NCBI GenBank assembly: GCA_902464015.1
Contig: CABQHM010000008.1
Coordinates: 6,253-70,252, forward strand
Source of the DNA: an uncultured Coriobacteriales bacterium
Lineage (GTDB): Bacteria; Actinomycetota; Coriobacteriia; Coriobacteriales; UMGS124
Length of the DNA: 64,000 bases
Reading direction: 5' to 3'
Within the stretch, counting starts at the first letter, position 1. Each line of letters begins with the position of its first letter. Below are positions 1 to 8,385 of this stretch, piece by piece. Made by a program: the position numbers and the translations under genes. A model generated the notes under the pieces. It did not search any database and had not been told where the DNA came from. It saw only the letters and a program-made list of their open reading frames with translations.

Positions 1-1536
1 GGCGAGCTCGGCGATGGCTGCATCGACGAGCTCGGCATCATGGGGGTCACTGGGGCTGTCGAGGCCAAATGCCGTTTTATAGAAGGCGCGCATTGCTTCA
101 TCGGCCTGATCGAACCCGTCGTCGCCGATACGGGGAAACGTTGCCGTGCGGCCGTACTGTGTGTATCCCCAGGCGTGCAGCGGGAGCTGCGGCACGATGT
201 CGGATGCAACGAGCAGGTTGAAGATGTTGCCATACTGCGGCTCTGCGGCGTCTGTGGCAAGCGTGTCGGTGGGGCAGGCGAGCGTGTAGGCAAAGACGTC
301 GTGCGTATCGATGCCCATGTCGGAGAGCTGGCCGTCATCAAGCCGCGCCGCGAGAAGGTTCGAGACGGCTGCGCCGCGGCTGTGCCCGCACACGAGCAGG
401 CAGATGTCTTCGCCTGCGTGCGCCTTCAAGACCAACTGCAGGTCGTTCATCACCACGACGCTCGCCGCGGCGAAACCAACGTGGTCGTTCTCGTAGCCCT
501 GGGGCGGGTTGCCTGCGATGTTGAAGTCGCTCAGCCATTCCGAGCCGTACGAGCCGCGCACGGCCACTGTGACGAGGGTCTTTTGCTCGCCCGTCGGTGA
601 TGCGATCTTCTTGGTGGCGATGGTGTAGGCGACGGTGTCGGTCGCGCCGCTGGAGAAGGTGGCCACGTTGTCGGTCACCGTCGAGCGGTGCTCGTATGAG
701 GTGGTGCACACATCGTCAAAGCCCAGCTGGCTCAGGAAGTCGGTCAACTCGGTGCTTTCACAAGGCACGCTCGAGTATGCCGTTGACTCGGAGTTTGCAA
801 ATGCCGCGAGCACGCCCGAGGCAAACGCCAGGTCTGGATTGTACACGGTTGGATCCCCGAAGAACCAGGCGTCGTCCCAGACGACGTCCACGCCGTCGCC
901 CGAGCCATCCTGTGCGCACCCGATGGCATTGATGCGCGTATGGGCCTCGATTGCGCCCGAGGACCTCGGCGCGTCCTGTGAGTAGGCGATGACCTCGGTG
1001 TCGCTTGTTTGCTCGACGGGGGAGAGGTACATGTAGGCGACCTTCATGGCAAGCCAAGTGACTCCAGTGATGATTGCCGATATGACGACCATGAGTGCGG
1101 CGACGCTGAGGTTGTGCAGCCAGGGACGCACAAGTCGCTGCTTTGTCTGGAAGACCCAGAACCGCTCGACGGGCCATGACGCGACGAGGACGGCGAGTCC
1201 GGCGATGGTGCGGGCGACGACGACGGGGGTTCTCGCGATATCCTGCAGTACCCAGGAGATGGCAAGAAATGCGACGATGACCAGCAAGGTCAATGCGAAA
1301 AAGCGGGCAAGGTCGCCTTCTTGCTTGAGGCCGTCGCGAAACACGGCATGGCGGCAGAGCAGGTAGTCCAAGGCGAAGCTGGCTGAGATGCAGACGATGC
1401 CCACGGCGAGGTTCGTCATGAAGCGGCCGTCGCTGAAGTATTCGCTGGCCAGATAGAAGAGGCATTTGTAGAGGGCCGCGCATATGAACGCAGTGAGCAG
1501 AAACATCACTATTTCAAAAAAGCGGTGTCTTGTCAT
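1..1536 (-). CDS. Membrane-anchored class-3-lipase-like alpha/beta hydrolase; 3' end lies beyond the left window edge
   Basis: Absent from the ORF track because it runs off the edge. My minus-strand translation from ATG 1536 (alternative ATG 1506) stays open to base 1: MTRHRFFEIVMFLLTAF... The N-terminus has 4-5 hydrophobic helices, with an ERFWVFQ ending reminiscent of GtrA-like modules. The soluble domain carries the nucleophile elbow LLVCGHSRGAAV. Confidence 0.65.
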   Translation of the reverse strand, partial: MTRHRFFEIVMFLLTAFICAALYKCLFYLASEYFSDGRFMTNLAVGIVCISASFALDYLLCRHAVFRDGLKQEGDLARFFALTLLVIVAFLAISWVLQDIARTPVVVARTIAGLAVLVASWPVERFWVFQTKQRLVRPWLHNLSVAALMVVISAIITGVTWLAMKVAYMYLSPVEQTSDTEVIAYSQDAPRSSGAIEAHTRINAIGCAQDGSGDGVDVVWDDAWFFGDPTVYNPDLAFASGVLAAFANSESTAYSSVPCESTELTDFLSQLGFDDVCTTSYEHRSTVTDNVATFSSGATDTVAYTIATKKIASPTGEQKTLVTVAVRGSYGSEWLSDFNIAGNPPQGYENDHVGFAAASVVVMNDLQLVLKAHAGEDICLLVCGHSRGAAVSNLLAARLDDGQLSDMGIDTHDVFAYTLACPTDTLATDAAEPQYGNIFNLLVASDIVPQLPLHAWGYTQYGRTATFPRIGDDGFDQADEAMRAFYKTAFGLDSPSDPHDAELVDAAIAELA

Positions 1537-1570
1537 TGCCACGTTGGGCCCAATCTGCCGGGTCGGGTAA

Positions 1571-1600
1571 GAAAAAAGGGCGCCCCGCGAAGGGACGCCC
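1571..1600 (-). terminator. Rho-independent terminator after the NhaC-family gene
   Basis: Minus strand reads GGGCGTCCCTTCGCGGGGCGCCC followed by TTTTTT, about 40 nt after the stop at 1642. Confidence 0.75.
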
Positions 1601-1641
1601 TCAAGATGACGCAAGCAAATGATACCAGCTGGAAGCGCGCG

Positions 1642-3222
1642 TTACTCCGCTGCCTTGTAAGCTTCCAGAGACTTCTTGCCCACGGTGCAGCGCAGCACGA
1701 ACAGGACTGCGATGGTGAGCACGACGGCGATGGGCAGGCAGATGAACGCGCTGCGCACAAAGCCAGCGATGACGAACATCACAAAAGAGATGCCGGCCAC
1801 GGTGAGCGCGTAGGGGAGCTGGGTGCTCACGTGCGTGATGTGGCTCACGTTGGCACCGGCGCTCGCCATGACCGTGGTGTCGGAGATGGGCGAGATGTGG
1901 TCGCCGCAGACGGCACCGGCCAGGCATGCGGAGATGCCGATATTCATGAGCACGGGATCGGAGGAAGCGAAGATGGCGGTGACGATGGGGATGAGGATGC
2001 CGAAGGTGCCCCAGCTCGTGCCGGTGGAGAAGGCCAGGAAGACGGCAACCAGGAAGATGATGGCAGGCAGCATGGAGAAGAGGCTCTCAGCGGCGCCACC
2101 CACAACGCCGGCCACAAACACGTCGGCACCCAGGGCGCCCGTCATGGACTTGAGGGTGAGTGCGAAGGTGAGGATGAGCAGGGCCGGCACCATGGCGATG
2201 AAGCCCTTGGTGATGCAGTCCATGGCCTCCTTGAACGTCACGACGCGGCGGGCGATGAGGTAGATGATGGAGAGGATGAGTGCGATGATGGTGCCCCAAG
2301 GCAGGCCAACGGAGGCGTCGGTGTCAGAGAACGCAAGGGACGGGTTCATGTAGCCTTCGGTGGTCGCGTCCCAGAAGCCACCGACGTAGAGCATGCCGGC
2401 GATGCAGCAAATGATGAGCATGATAATCGGCACAAGCATGTCCCACAGGTTGGCCTTGGGGTTGGAGACAACGTCCTCTTTGGAGAGTTTGCCCAGCTCG
2501 CCGTCACGGTAGGCAGCAAGCTCGGCCTTGGCCATGGGGCCGTAGTCAAAGCCCATGATGCACAGGCCGATGACGAATACGATAGTCATGAGCGAGTAGA
2601 AGTTAAACGGGATGGCCTCAATGAACAGCTGGATGCCCGAGATGCCGTTATTGAGGCCGGCGGCGGTGGAGCTCACGGCGGCCGCCCACGAGGAGATGGG
2701 GGCAATCATGCAGATGGGTGCGGCCGTGGCGTCGATGATGTAGGAAAGCTTGGCGCGCGATACACGGCAGGCGTCGGTCACGGGGCGCATCACGGAACCC
2801 ACAGTGAGGCAGTTGAAGTAGTCATCGATGAAGATGAGCACGCCGAGAGCAAACGTGGCGAGCTGCGCGCCCATGCGGGACTTCACATGCTTGGCCGCCC
2901 AAGCAGCGAATGCCGCCGAGCCGCCAGCCTTGTTGACAAGGGCCACGACGATGCCGAGCATGATGAGGAAGATGAAGATACCCGCGTTGCTCGGGCTGCT
3001 TACCGCGTTGATAAAGCCGACAGTGGTCCCCTCGCCATCCACGCCGGGCACCGTGTTGGAGATGATGTTGTTTATCGTGTCGATGGGGTTGAAGCCTGCC
3101 ACGAGCAGGGCACCCACGACAATGCCGATGAACAGCGAGCTATAGGTTTCCTTGGTGATGAGGGCCAACACGATAGCCACAATGGGCGGCACGAGTGACC
3201 AAAACGTTCCGACGAACTCCAC
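1642..3222 (-). CDS. NhaC-family Na+/H+ antiporter-like transporter, probably an amino-acid (lysine-linked) carrier
   Basis: Track ORF 1642..3234. The polytopic sequence (FWSLVPPIVAIVLALITKETYSSLFIGIVVGALL...) is typical of the NhaC family. I prefer GTG 3222 as the start because GGAGGA lies 5 nt upstream; TTG 3234 is the alternative. Confidence 0.85.
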   Translation of the reverse strand: MEFVGTFWSLVPPIVAIVLALITKETYSSLFIGIVVGALLVAGFNPIDTINNIISNTVPGVDGEGTTVGFINAVSSPSNAGIFIFLIMLGIVVALVNKAGGSAAFAAWAAKHVKSRMGAQLATFALGVLIFIDDYFNCLTVGSVMRPVTDACRVSRAKLSYIIDATAAPICMIAPISSWAAAVSSTAAGLNNGISGIQLFIEAIPFNFYSLMTIVFVIGLCIMGFDYGPMAKAELAAYRDGELGKLSKEDVVSNPKANLWDMLVPIIMLIICCIAGMLYVGGFWDATTEGYMNPSLAFSDTDASVGLPWGTIIALILSIIYLIARRVVTFKEAMDCITKGFIAMVPALLILTFALTLKSMTGALGADVFVAGVVGGAAESLFSMLPAIIFLVAVFLAFSTGTSWGTFGILIPIVTAIFASSDPVLMNIGISACLAGAVCGDHISPISDTTVMASAGANVSHITHVSTQLPYALTVAGISFVMFVIAGFVRSAFICLPIAVVLTIAVLFVLRCTVGKKSLEAYKAAE

Positions 3223-3306
3223 GGTTTCCTCCAATCTGGCAGGCTCGACAGCAAGCGTCTCTTGGTCCTGTCAGGCAGAAGTATCCTCATGCGTCCGCCC
3301 GGCCTA

Positions 3307-3476
3307 GATAGCGCTCCGCCTTTCGGCGACAGTGCGGAGGATGTTCTCCCACGCCCCAGGGTGCATATGCGGAAACATATGGGCCCTTCGGCGGCTTCCC
3401 CTTTTGCCCAGGCGCACCTTTCCGGATACTGCATCTCTGCGTGCCTGGCGCTACTTATGGTTGCCGCGCCTCTATC
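3307..3476 (-). promoter_or_regulatory. Lysine riboswitch (L-box)
   Basis: Minus-strand RNA reads GAUAGAGGCGC..AAGUAG..AAAAGGGGAAGCCGCCGAAGG..CCCUGGGG..CACUGUCGCCGAAAGGCGGAGCGCUAUC. This reproduces the invariant L-box blocks (AGAGGCGC, GAGUAG, GG.GA..CGCCGAAG, CCUGG, ACUGUC). The 5' GAUAG pairs with the 3' CUAUC to close P1. It sits about 85 nt upstream of the transporter start. Confidence 0.85.
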
Positions 3477-3751
3477 GTGCCTTTGTATAAAGACGCCGCC
3501 ATAGTAGAGCACCCTGTCGCTTATGTCTTACAGGAATATGAGTTTTTAAAAAACCTTGACGGCGAGTGCATAAATAATCGAAAAACGGTTGACGGCAAAG
3601 CGATGAGCGGCGCAGGGAATTAGTCGGGAGCAAGTTCGAGGTAACGATATGGAATCCGCTGGTGATTCCGCGCTAAAATAGCCCGAATAGATGAGTGCCG
3701 CCCGCCGCGCATCGCGGCGCCCCTGCGGCATCGCGCAAGAAAGGACCTGCC

Positions 3752-6040
3752 ATGCAGACTCTTGCCCGCTTCATCGTGAAGTTCCGTGTGGCCATCCTTG
3801 CGGTGTTTGCTGTGATCACCGTGGCGAGTGCGTTCATGGTGCCCCGCGTTGTGGTCAACCACGACTTGACCACCTATCTGCCCGATTCTCTGCAGTCTAA
3901 ACAAGGCCTGGCCGTGATGAACACCGAGTTCGGTGAGTCCACGACCTTTCGCGTGATGACGCAGGGCATGACCGATGACGAGCGTGTCTCCTTTGCCGAG
4001 GAGTTGTCGGGCGTCGAGGGCGTGGCCGACGTGACGTACAACGCAGGCGACGATGCGTGCAACAGTGGCGAGTATGCCCTCTACTCGGTGAGTGCCCAGG
4101 GTGGCACGTACTCGGAGAGTGCCAAACAGACGGACGCCCACCTCAAGGAGTTCCTGGAAGACAGTGGTGCCGTGTATCAGTTCGACAGCCCCGTCTCCAA
4201 TGCCGATATGGGATATCTGACCCCCATCCTTGTCTGCGCGGTGCTTCTGGGCATCACGGTACTCTTTGTCATGTCGAGTTCTTGGATCGAGCCACTGCTC
4301 ATCTTGGCGAACGTCATGCTGGCAGTTGTCATCAACATGGGCACGAACGCGTTTTTCCCCAGCGTGAGCGACGTCACGTATTCCATCGCCGCCGTGCTGC
4401 AAATGGCCCTCTCTATGGACTACGCTATCATGCTTATGAGCCGTTACCGCCAGGAGCGTCTCTCCACCGACGACTGCGAGCTTGCCATGCGCAACACGCT
4501 TGTGAAGGGCGCTCGTGCTATTGCCTCAAGTTCGCTTACCACCATTGTGGGCCTGCTCACGCTTGTCTTTATGAGCTTTACCATCGGCCGTGACCTGGGC
4601 ATTGTCCTGGCGAAGGGTGTGTTCCTGAGTCTCGTGTGTGGTCTGTGCATCATGCCTGCCCTGGGCATTTGGGCCGACGGGCTTATCCGCAAGACTGCAA
4701 AGAAGGTTCCGCGGCCTGCCTGCAAGGCGCTGGCGACGTTCAGCGCACGTCATCGCGCCCCCGTGCTTGCGGCGTTCGTGATCCTCATTGTTGTGGCGTT
4801 TGGCGTGAAGGGTATGATGGTGGCTTCTTACCATGCCGACAGCCGCTACGAGGCACCTGTCGCCATCGAGGCCGTGTTCCCGCGCGACGAGCAGTTCGTC
4901 GTTGTATATAAGAACAAGGACGAGGCTTCGGTGACGCAGACGGCTGAGCGCATCGCCGGTATGGAGGGCGTCAGCTCCGTCACGTCGTACGCGCAGACTC
5001 TGGGCCGTGCCTACACAGCCGACGAGCTTATCGGCCTCCTTGCCGGTGAGGCGGGCGACAGTGCGGGGTCTTCCGAGGGCGTAGGCTTGGATGCCAGCAC
5101 GGTAAACATGGTCTTCTATCTCTACCACACCGGCCGTGACGTGGACTCTATGAGCCCCGTGGCCCTGCTCAAGCTCTCGCGCAGTGCCGACTCCATGGTT
5201 GAGCCCGATTGGACGATGACGTTGCCCCAGCTCGTGGGCTATCTCAATGACACGCTGCTTGTGAGCAAGACCGTGGGCAGCAAGGTCGACGACGCGCAGC
5301 GTGAGAAGCTGGCCGAGTTCTCCGCCCAGCTCGACAAGGGAATGAGCCAGCTTGTGGGCGATGAGTACTCGCGCATGATCGTCACGACGCCCTACGAGAG
5401 CGAGGCTGACGAGGCCGACAACCTTCTCGATGCCGTCGAGGCTGAGGTTGCTGCGGCGACTGACGGTTACTATCTGGTGGGACAGTCCGCCATGGCTCGC
5501 GACATGTCGCGCAGCTTCCTCGATGAGTTCAACTTCATTAGCTGGATCACGGCGGGTGCCATCTACCTTATTGTGGCGCTGACGTTTCGCTCGGTGCTTT
5601 TGCCTTTGCCGCTCGTGTTGGTCATCCAGAGCGCATATGGCCTGGTTACCGGTCTGAACGGCCTTTTCGACAACGCGATTTACTACATGGCGATTATCGT
5701 GGTGCAGGCCATCCTCATGGGTGCCACCATCGACTACGCCATCCTGTTTACCAGCAATTACCGCGAGGCACGTCTTGCCAAGGTGGTCCCGGAGGCGCTG
5801 GCGCAGGCATACCGCACCTCCACGCCCACCATCCTCACCTCGGGTACCATCCTTGTTGTGGTGACGTTGGCGTTGGGACTGTTTGCCGGTGGCGCCGTGG
5901 CGCAGATTTGCCTCGTGCTCTCTGAGGGTAGCGCCATGGCGATGCTGCTTGTGCTGGTGCTACTGCCTGGTGTTTTGGCGGCGCTTGACCGCTTTACCGC
6001 TCCCAAGGGCAGCGTGCGGGAGGTTGGGGCTGGAGAGTAA
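3752..6040 (+). CDS. MMPL/RND-superfamily membrane transporter
   Basis: Track ORF 3695..6040. The ATG at 3752 (MQTLARFIVKFRVAILAVFAVITV) starts the first TM helix. There are two TM bundles separated by large extracytoplasmic domains, as expected for the MMPL family. Confidence 0.85.
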   Translation: MQTLARFIVKFRVAILAVFAVITVASAFMVPRVVVNHDLTTYLPDSLQSKQGLAVMNTEFGESTTFRVMTQGMTDDERVSFAEELSGVEGVADVTYNAGDDACNSGEYALYSVSAQGGTYSESAKQTDAHLKEFLEDSGAVYQFDSPVSNADMGYLTPILVCAVLLGITVLFVMSSSWIEPLLILANVMLAVVINMGTNAFFPSVSDVTYSIAAVLQMALSMDYAIMLMSRYRQERLSTDDCELAMRNTLVKGARAIASSSLTTIVGLLTLVFMSFTIGRDLGIVLAKGVFLSLVCGLCIMPALGIWADGLIRKTAKKVPRPACKALATFSARHRAPVLAAFVILIVVAFGVKGMMVASYHADSRYEAPVAIEAVFPRDEQFVVVYKNKDEASVTQTAERIAGMEGVSSVTSYAQTLGRAYTADELIGLLAGEAGDSAGSSEGVGLDASTVNMVFYLYHTGRDVDSMSPVALLKLSRSADSMVEPDWTMTLPQLVGYLNDTLLVSKTVGSKVDDAQREKLAEFSAQLDKGMSQLVGDEYSRMIVTTPYESEADEADNLLDAVEAEVAAATDGYYLVGQSAMARDMSRSFLDEFNFISWITAGAIYLIVALTFRSVLLPLPLVLVIQSAYGLVTGLNGLFDNAIYYMAIIVVQAILMGATIDYAILFTSNYREARLAKVVPEALAQAYRTSTPTILTSGTILVVVTLALGLFAGGAVAQICLVLSEGSAMAMLLVLVLLPGVLAALDRFTAPKGSVREVGAGE

Positions 6041-6042
6041 AG

Positions 6043-6441
6043 TTAGTACCCCATGGCGTACAGCTCGTCGTCGGTAAGGCCGAAGTAGTGGCCCACCTCG
6101 TGGACTACCGTCTTGCGCACCTCTTCGGCAAGCTCCTCGGCGCTGTCGCAGCAGCGCTCGTGCGGCCCCTTGTACACAGTGATGACGTCGGGCAGGTCGA
6201 ACGCGCCGTCTCCGTAGTCGATGCCGCGTTCGGTGATGGGTGTGCCATCGTACAGACCCAGTAGCTCACCGGATTCTTCCTCGCAGGTGCCGTACTCGGC
6301 CCCAATCTCGAGCTCTTCCTCGTCGGGCTCGTCGGCCACAGCAAAGGCTACGTTGTCAATCGCCGAGGCGAACTTGGCGGGCAACCCCTCCATGGCAGCC
6401 TCCACGAGTGCGTCGAACTCCTCGTCGCCTACCTTGTACAT
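6043..6441 (-). CDS. Zinc metallopeptidase family protein (HExxH)
   Basis: Track ORF 6043..6465. GGGAGG lies 7 nt before ATG 6441 (MYKVGDEEF). HEVGH motif near the C-terminus. Small acidic protein of the zincin-like family. Confidence 0.8.
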   Translation of the reverse strand: MYKVGDEEFDALVEAAMEGLPAKFASAIDNVAFAVADEPDEEELEIGAEYGTCEEESGELLGLYDGTPITERGIDYGDGAFDLPDVITVYKGPHERCCDSAEELAEEVRKTVVHEVGHYFGLTDDELYAMGY

Positions 6442-6516
6442 GGTGGGGCCTCCCTGTGGTCGCAAGCTGCTCTGTTAGTGCCCGACTGATTGGACGGGCC
6501 TCAGCATATGAGTATA

Positions 6517-6560
6517 CCCGCCGGCCCCAACACATCTTGCATGTTGGGGCCGGCGGTTTC
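6517..6560 (-). terminator. GC-rich hairpin terminator after the SBP gene
   Basis: CCGCCGGCCCCAACA..TGTTGGGGCCGGCGG is a perfect 15-bp stem directly after the stop at 6567. The flanking U-run is weak. Confidence 0.55.
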
Positions 6561-6566
6561 AGCCTG

Positions 6567-8138
6567 CTATTCTACCTCAATCTTGGAGAGGTCCTCGAAG
6601 GTGTAAATAGGCACAAGGCCTGCCTCTTCCACACCCGAGACGCGCTTGTTGGCCACAAGCAGGCGCCTGTTGGAGTACATGGGGTAGAAGCAGGCGAGTT
6701 CCTGTACCTTGCGCTGGGTCTCGTCGTAGATCTCGTGGCGCTTTGCCTCGTCGGTCTCGGTGCGTCCCTGGTCAAAGAGTTCGTCGAGCTCGGGCGACTC
6801 GTAATACATGAAGTTCTTCGTGGAGCGCGACAACGAGACGAACAGGTCGGAGAACGTGTCTGGATCGATGCCGCGGATGTAACCCGTGTAGTACATGTCG
6901 TAAGGGTTGTTCTCGGGGTCCATGATTGCCTGCCACAGGGCGTTGGCCTCCACGCCCACGAGCTCGACGGTGATGCCTGCCTCGGCGGCTTGCTCCTGCA
7001 TGAGCACGGCCGCTACCTGCTGCAACGAGTCGTCGGAGGCATACGCGATGGTGAAGGTGGGCGAGGGCTGGCCGGCCTCTTCGAGCAGCGCGCGGGCTTT
7101 GTCGAGGTCGCGCTCGTACTTCTCGACGTCCTCGGTGGCCCAGGGGCTCGTGGGCGGCAGGTACGTCCAGGCATCTGCATAGTATTCGGTGCTCAGCATG
7201 GAGGCTATGGCGATTTCCTCCTTGTTGAGGGCAAAGAGGAAGGCCTGGCGCACGCGCTGGTCGGGCACGCGCAGAGCGTTGATCATCATGTAAGCGATGC
7301 GGCCCTCGTCAAAGGCGTACAGTGCCAGGTTGTTCGCGTCGAGGTTGATCTGCTCGACTGTGGCGGGTGTGGCGACCCAAGCGTCGACGTCGCCGGTTTG
7401 AATGGCTTGCATGGCGGTGTTCTCGTTGGCCACGAAGCGATATACGACCGAATCGACCTTGGGGGCTCCCAAGAAATAGTCGGGGCGGGCCGCGAGCTGG
7501 ACGTAGGAACCTGCCTGGTAGTCGGCCAAGGTGAAGGGACCGGTGCCCACAGGCTGGGTGTTAAGCTCGCTCGAGCCAAAGTCGGTCACGCCGTCGTAGA
7601 CGTGCTTTGCCATGACGAAGATGGCCGAGAGCATCTCCACGGCGTTTGCTTTGACGAAGGGGAAGGTGAAATCCACGGTGAGGTCGTCGACGGCGGTGGC
7701 TTCAACCACGCCCTGCTCGCCGTAGTTGAGGTTGACGTAGGCCGAGGCGGAAGGTTCGTTGGCGATGGTGTTGAAGGTGAAGATGACGTCTTCGGCGGTG
7801 AAGGGCTCGCCGTCCGACCAGGTGACGCCTTCGCGCAGGTGCGCCGTCACCGTGAGGGCGTCGTCGGACACGTCGTAGGACTCGGCGAGGAAGTAGTTCA
7901 CGCCGTCCTCGTTGTACATCCACAGGGGCGAGTAGAGGGCCTTTACGACCATGGAGCCCCAACGGTCGGTCGTGGTGACGACGTTGATCATGTTGCCCGG
8001 GTCGCCGCCGATGGCGAACGTGAACATCTTGCCCGCTGCATCTGCCTGGGCCTGGGGCAGTGAGACGCCCAAGCCCGCAAAGCCCAGTGCCAGCGTCGCG
8101 GCAGCACCGCTCACGAATGACCTTCTTGTGATGTCCAT
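6567..8138 (-). CDS. ABC-transporter family-5 (peptide/nickel type) substrate-binding protein with Tat signal
   Basis: Track ORF 6567..8516. The internal ATG 8138 follows AGGAGAGGGAC and gives MDITRRSFVSGAAATLALGFAGLG, a twin-arginine signal. Body length and sequence are typical of SBP_bac_5. Confidence 0.85.
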   Translation of the reverse strand: MDITRRSFVSGAAATLALGFAGLGVSLPQAQADAAGKMFTFAIGGDPGNMINVVTTTDRWGSMVVKALYSPLWMYNEDGVNYFLAESYDVSDDALTVTAHLREGVTWSDGEPFTAEDVIFTFNTIANEPSASAYVNLNYGEQGVVEATAVDDLTVDFTFPFVKANAVEMLSAIFVMAKHVYDGVTDFGSSELNTQPVGTGPFTLADYQAGSYVQLAARPDYFLGAPKVDSVVYRFVANENTAMQAIQTGDVDAWVATPATVEQINLDANNLALYAFDEGRIAYMMINALRVPDQRVRQAFLFALNKEEIAIASMLSTEYYADAWTYLPPTSPWATEDVEKYERDLDKARALLEEAGQPSPTFTIAYASDDSLQQVAAVLMQEQAAEAGITVELVGVEANALWQAIMDPENNPYDMYYTGYIRGIDPDTFSDLFVSLSRSTKNFMYYESPELDELFDQGRTETDEAKRHEIYDETQRKVQELACFYPMYSNRRLLVANKRVSGVEEAGLVPIYTFEDLSKIEVE

Positions 8139-8385
8139 GTCCCTCTCCTGTCTGTGTTTGCGCATGGGCGCAGTGGTGAGATTGTTGGGGCGGATGATAT
8201 ACCTATCAAAACAGTAGGACAATGTAATGTCGATGAGTTGAAACATACGACCGCCAATGGTTGCCGCGGCCCCTTGCGCCTGGCGTTCTTGGGCAGAAGC
8301 CCGGGATGCGCCTGCTGAGGGCGCTCGATGTGGCACAATGCCCCAGAGAGCTGCATGGATATCGAGACAGAACGGACCGCTCACC

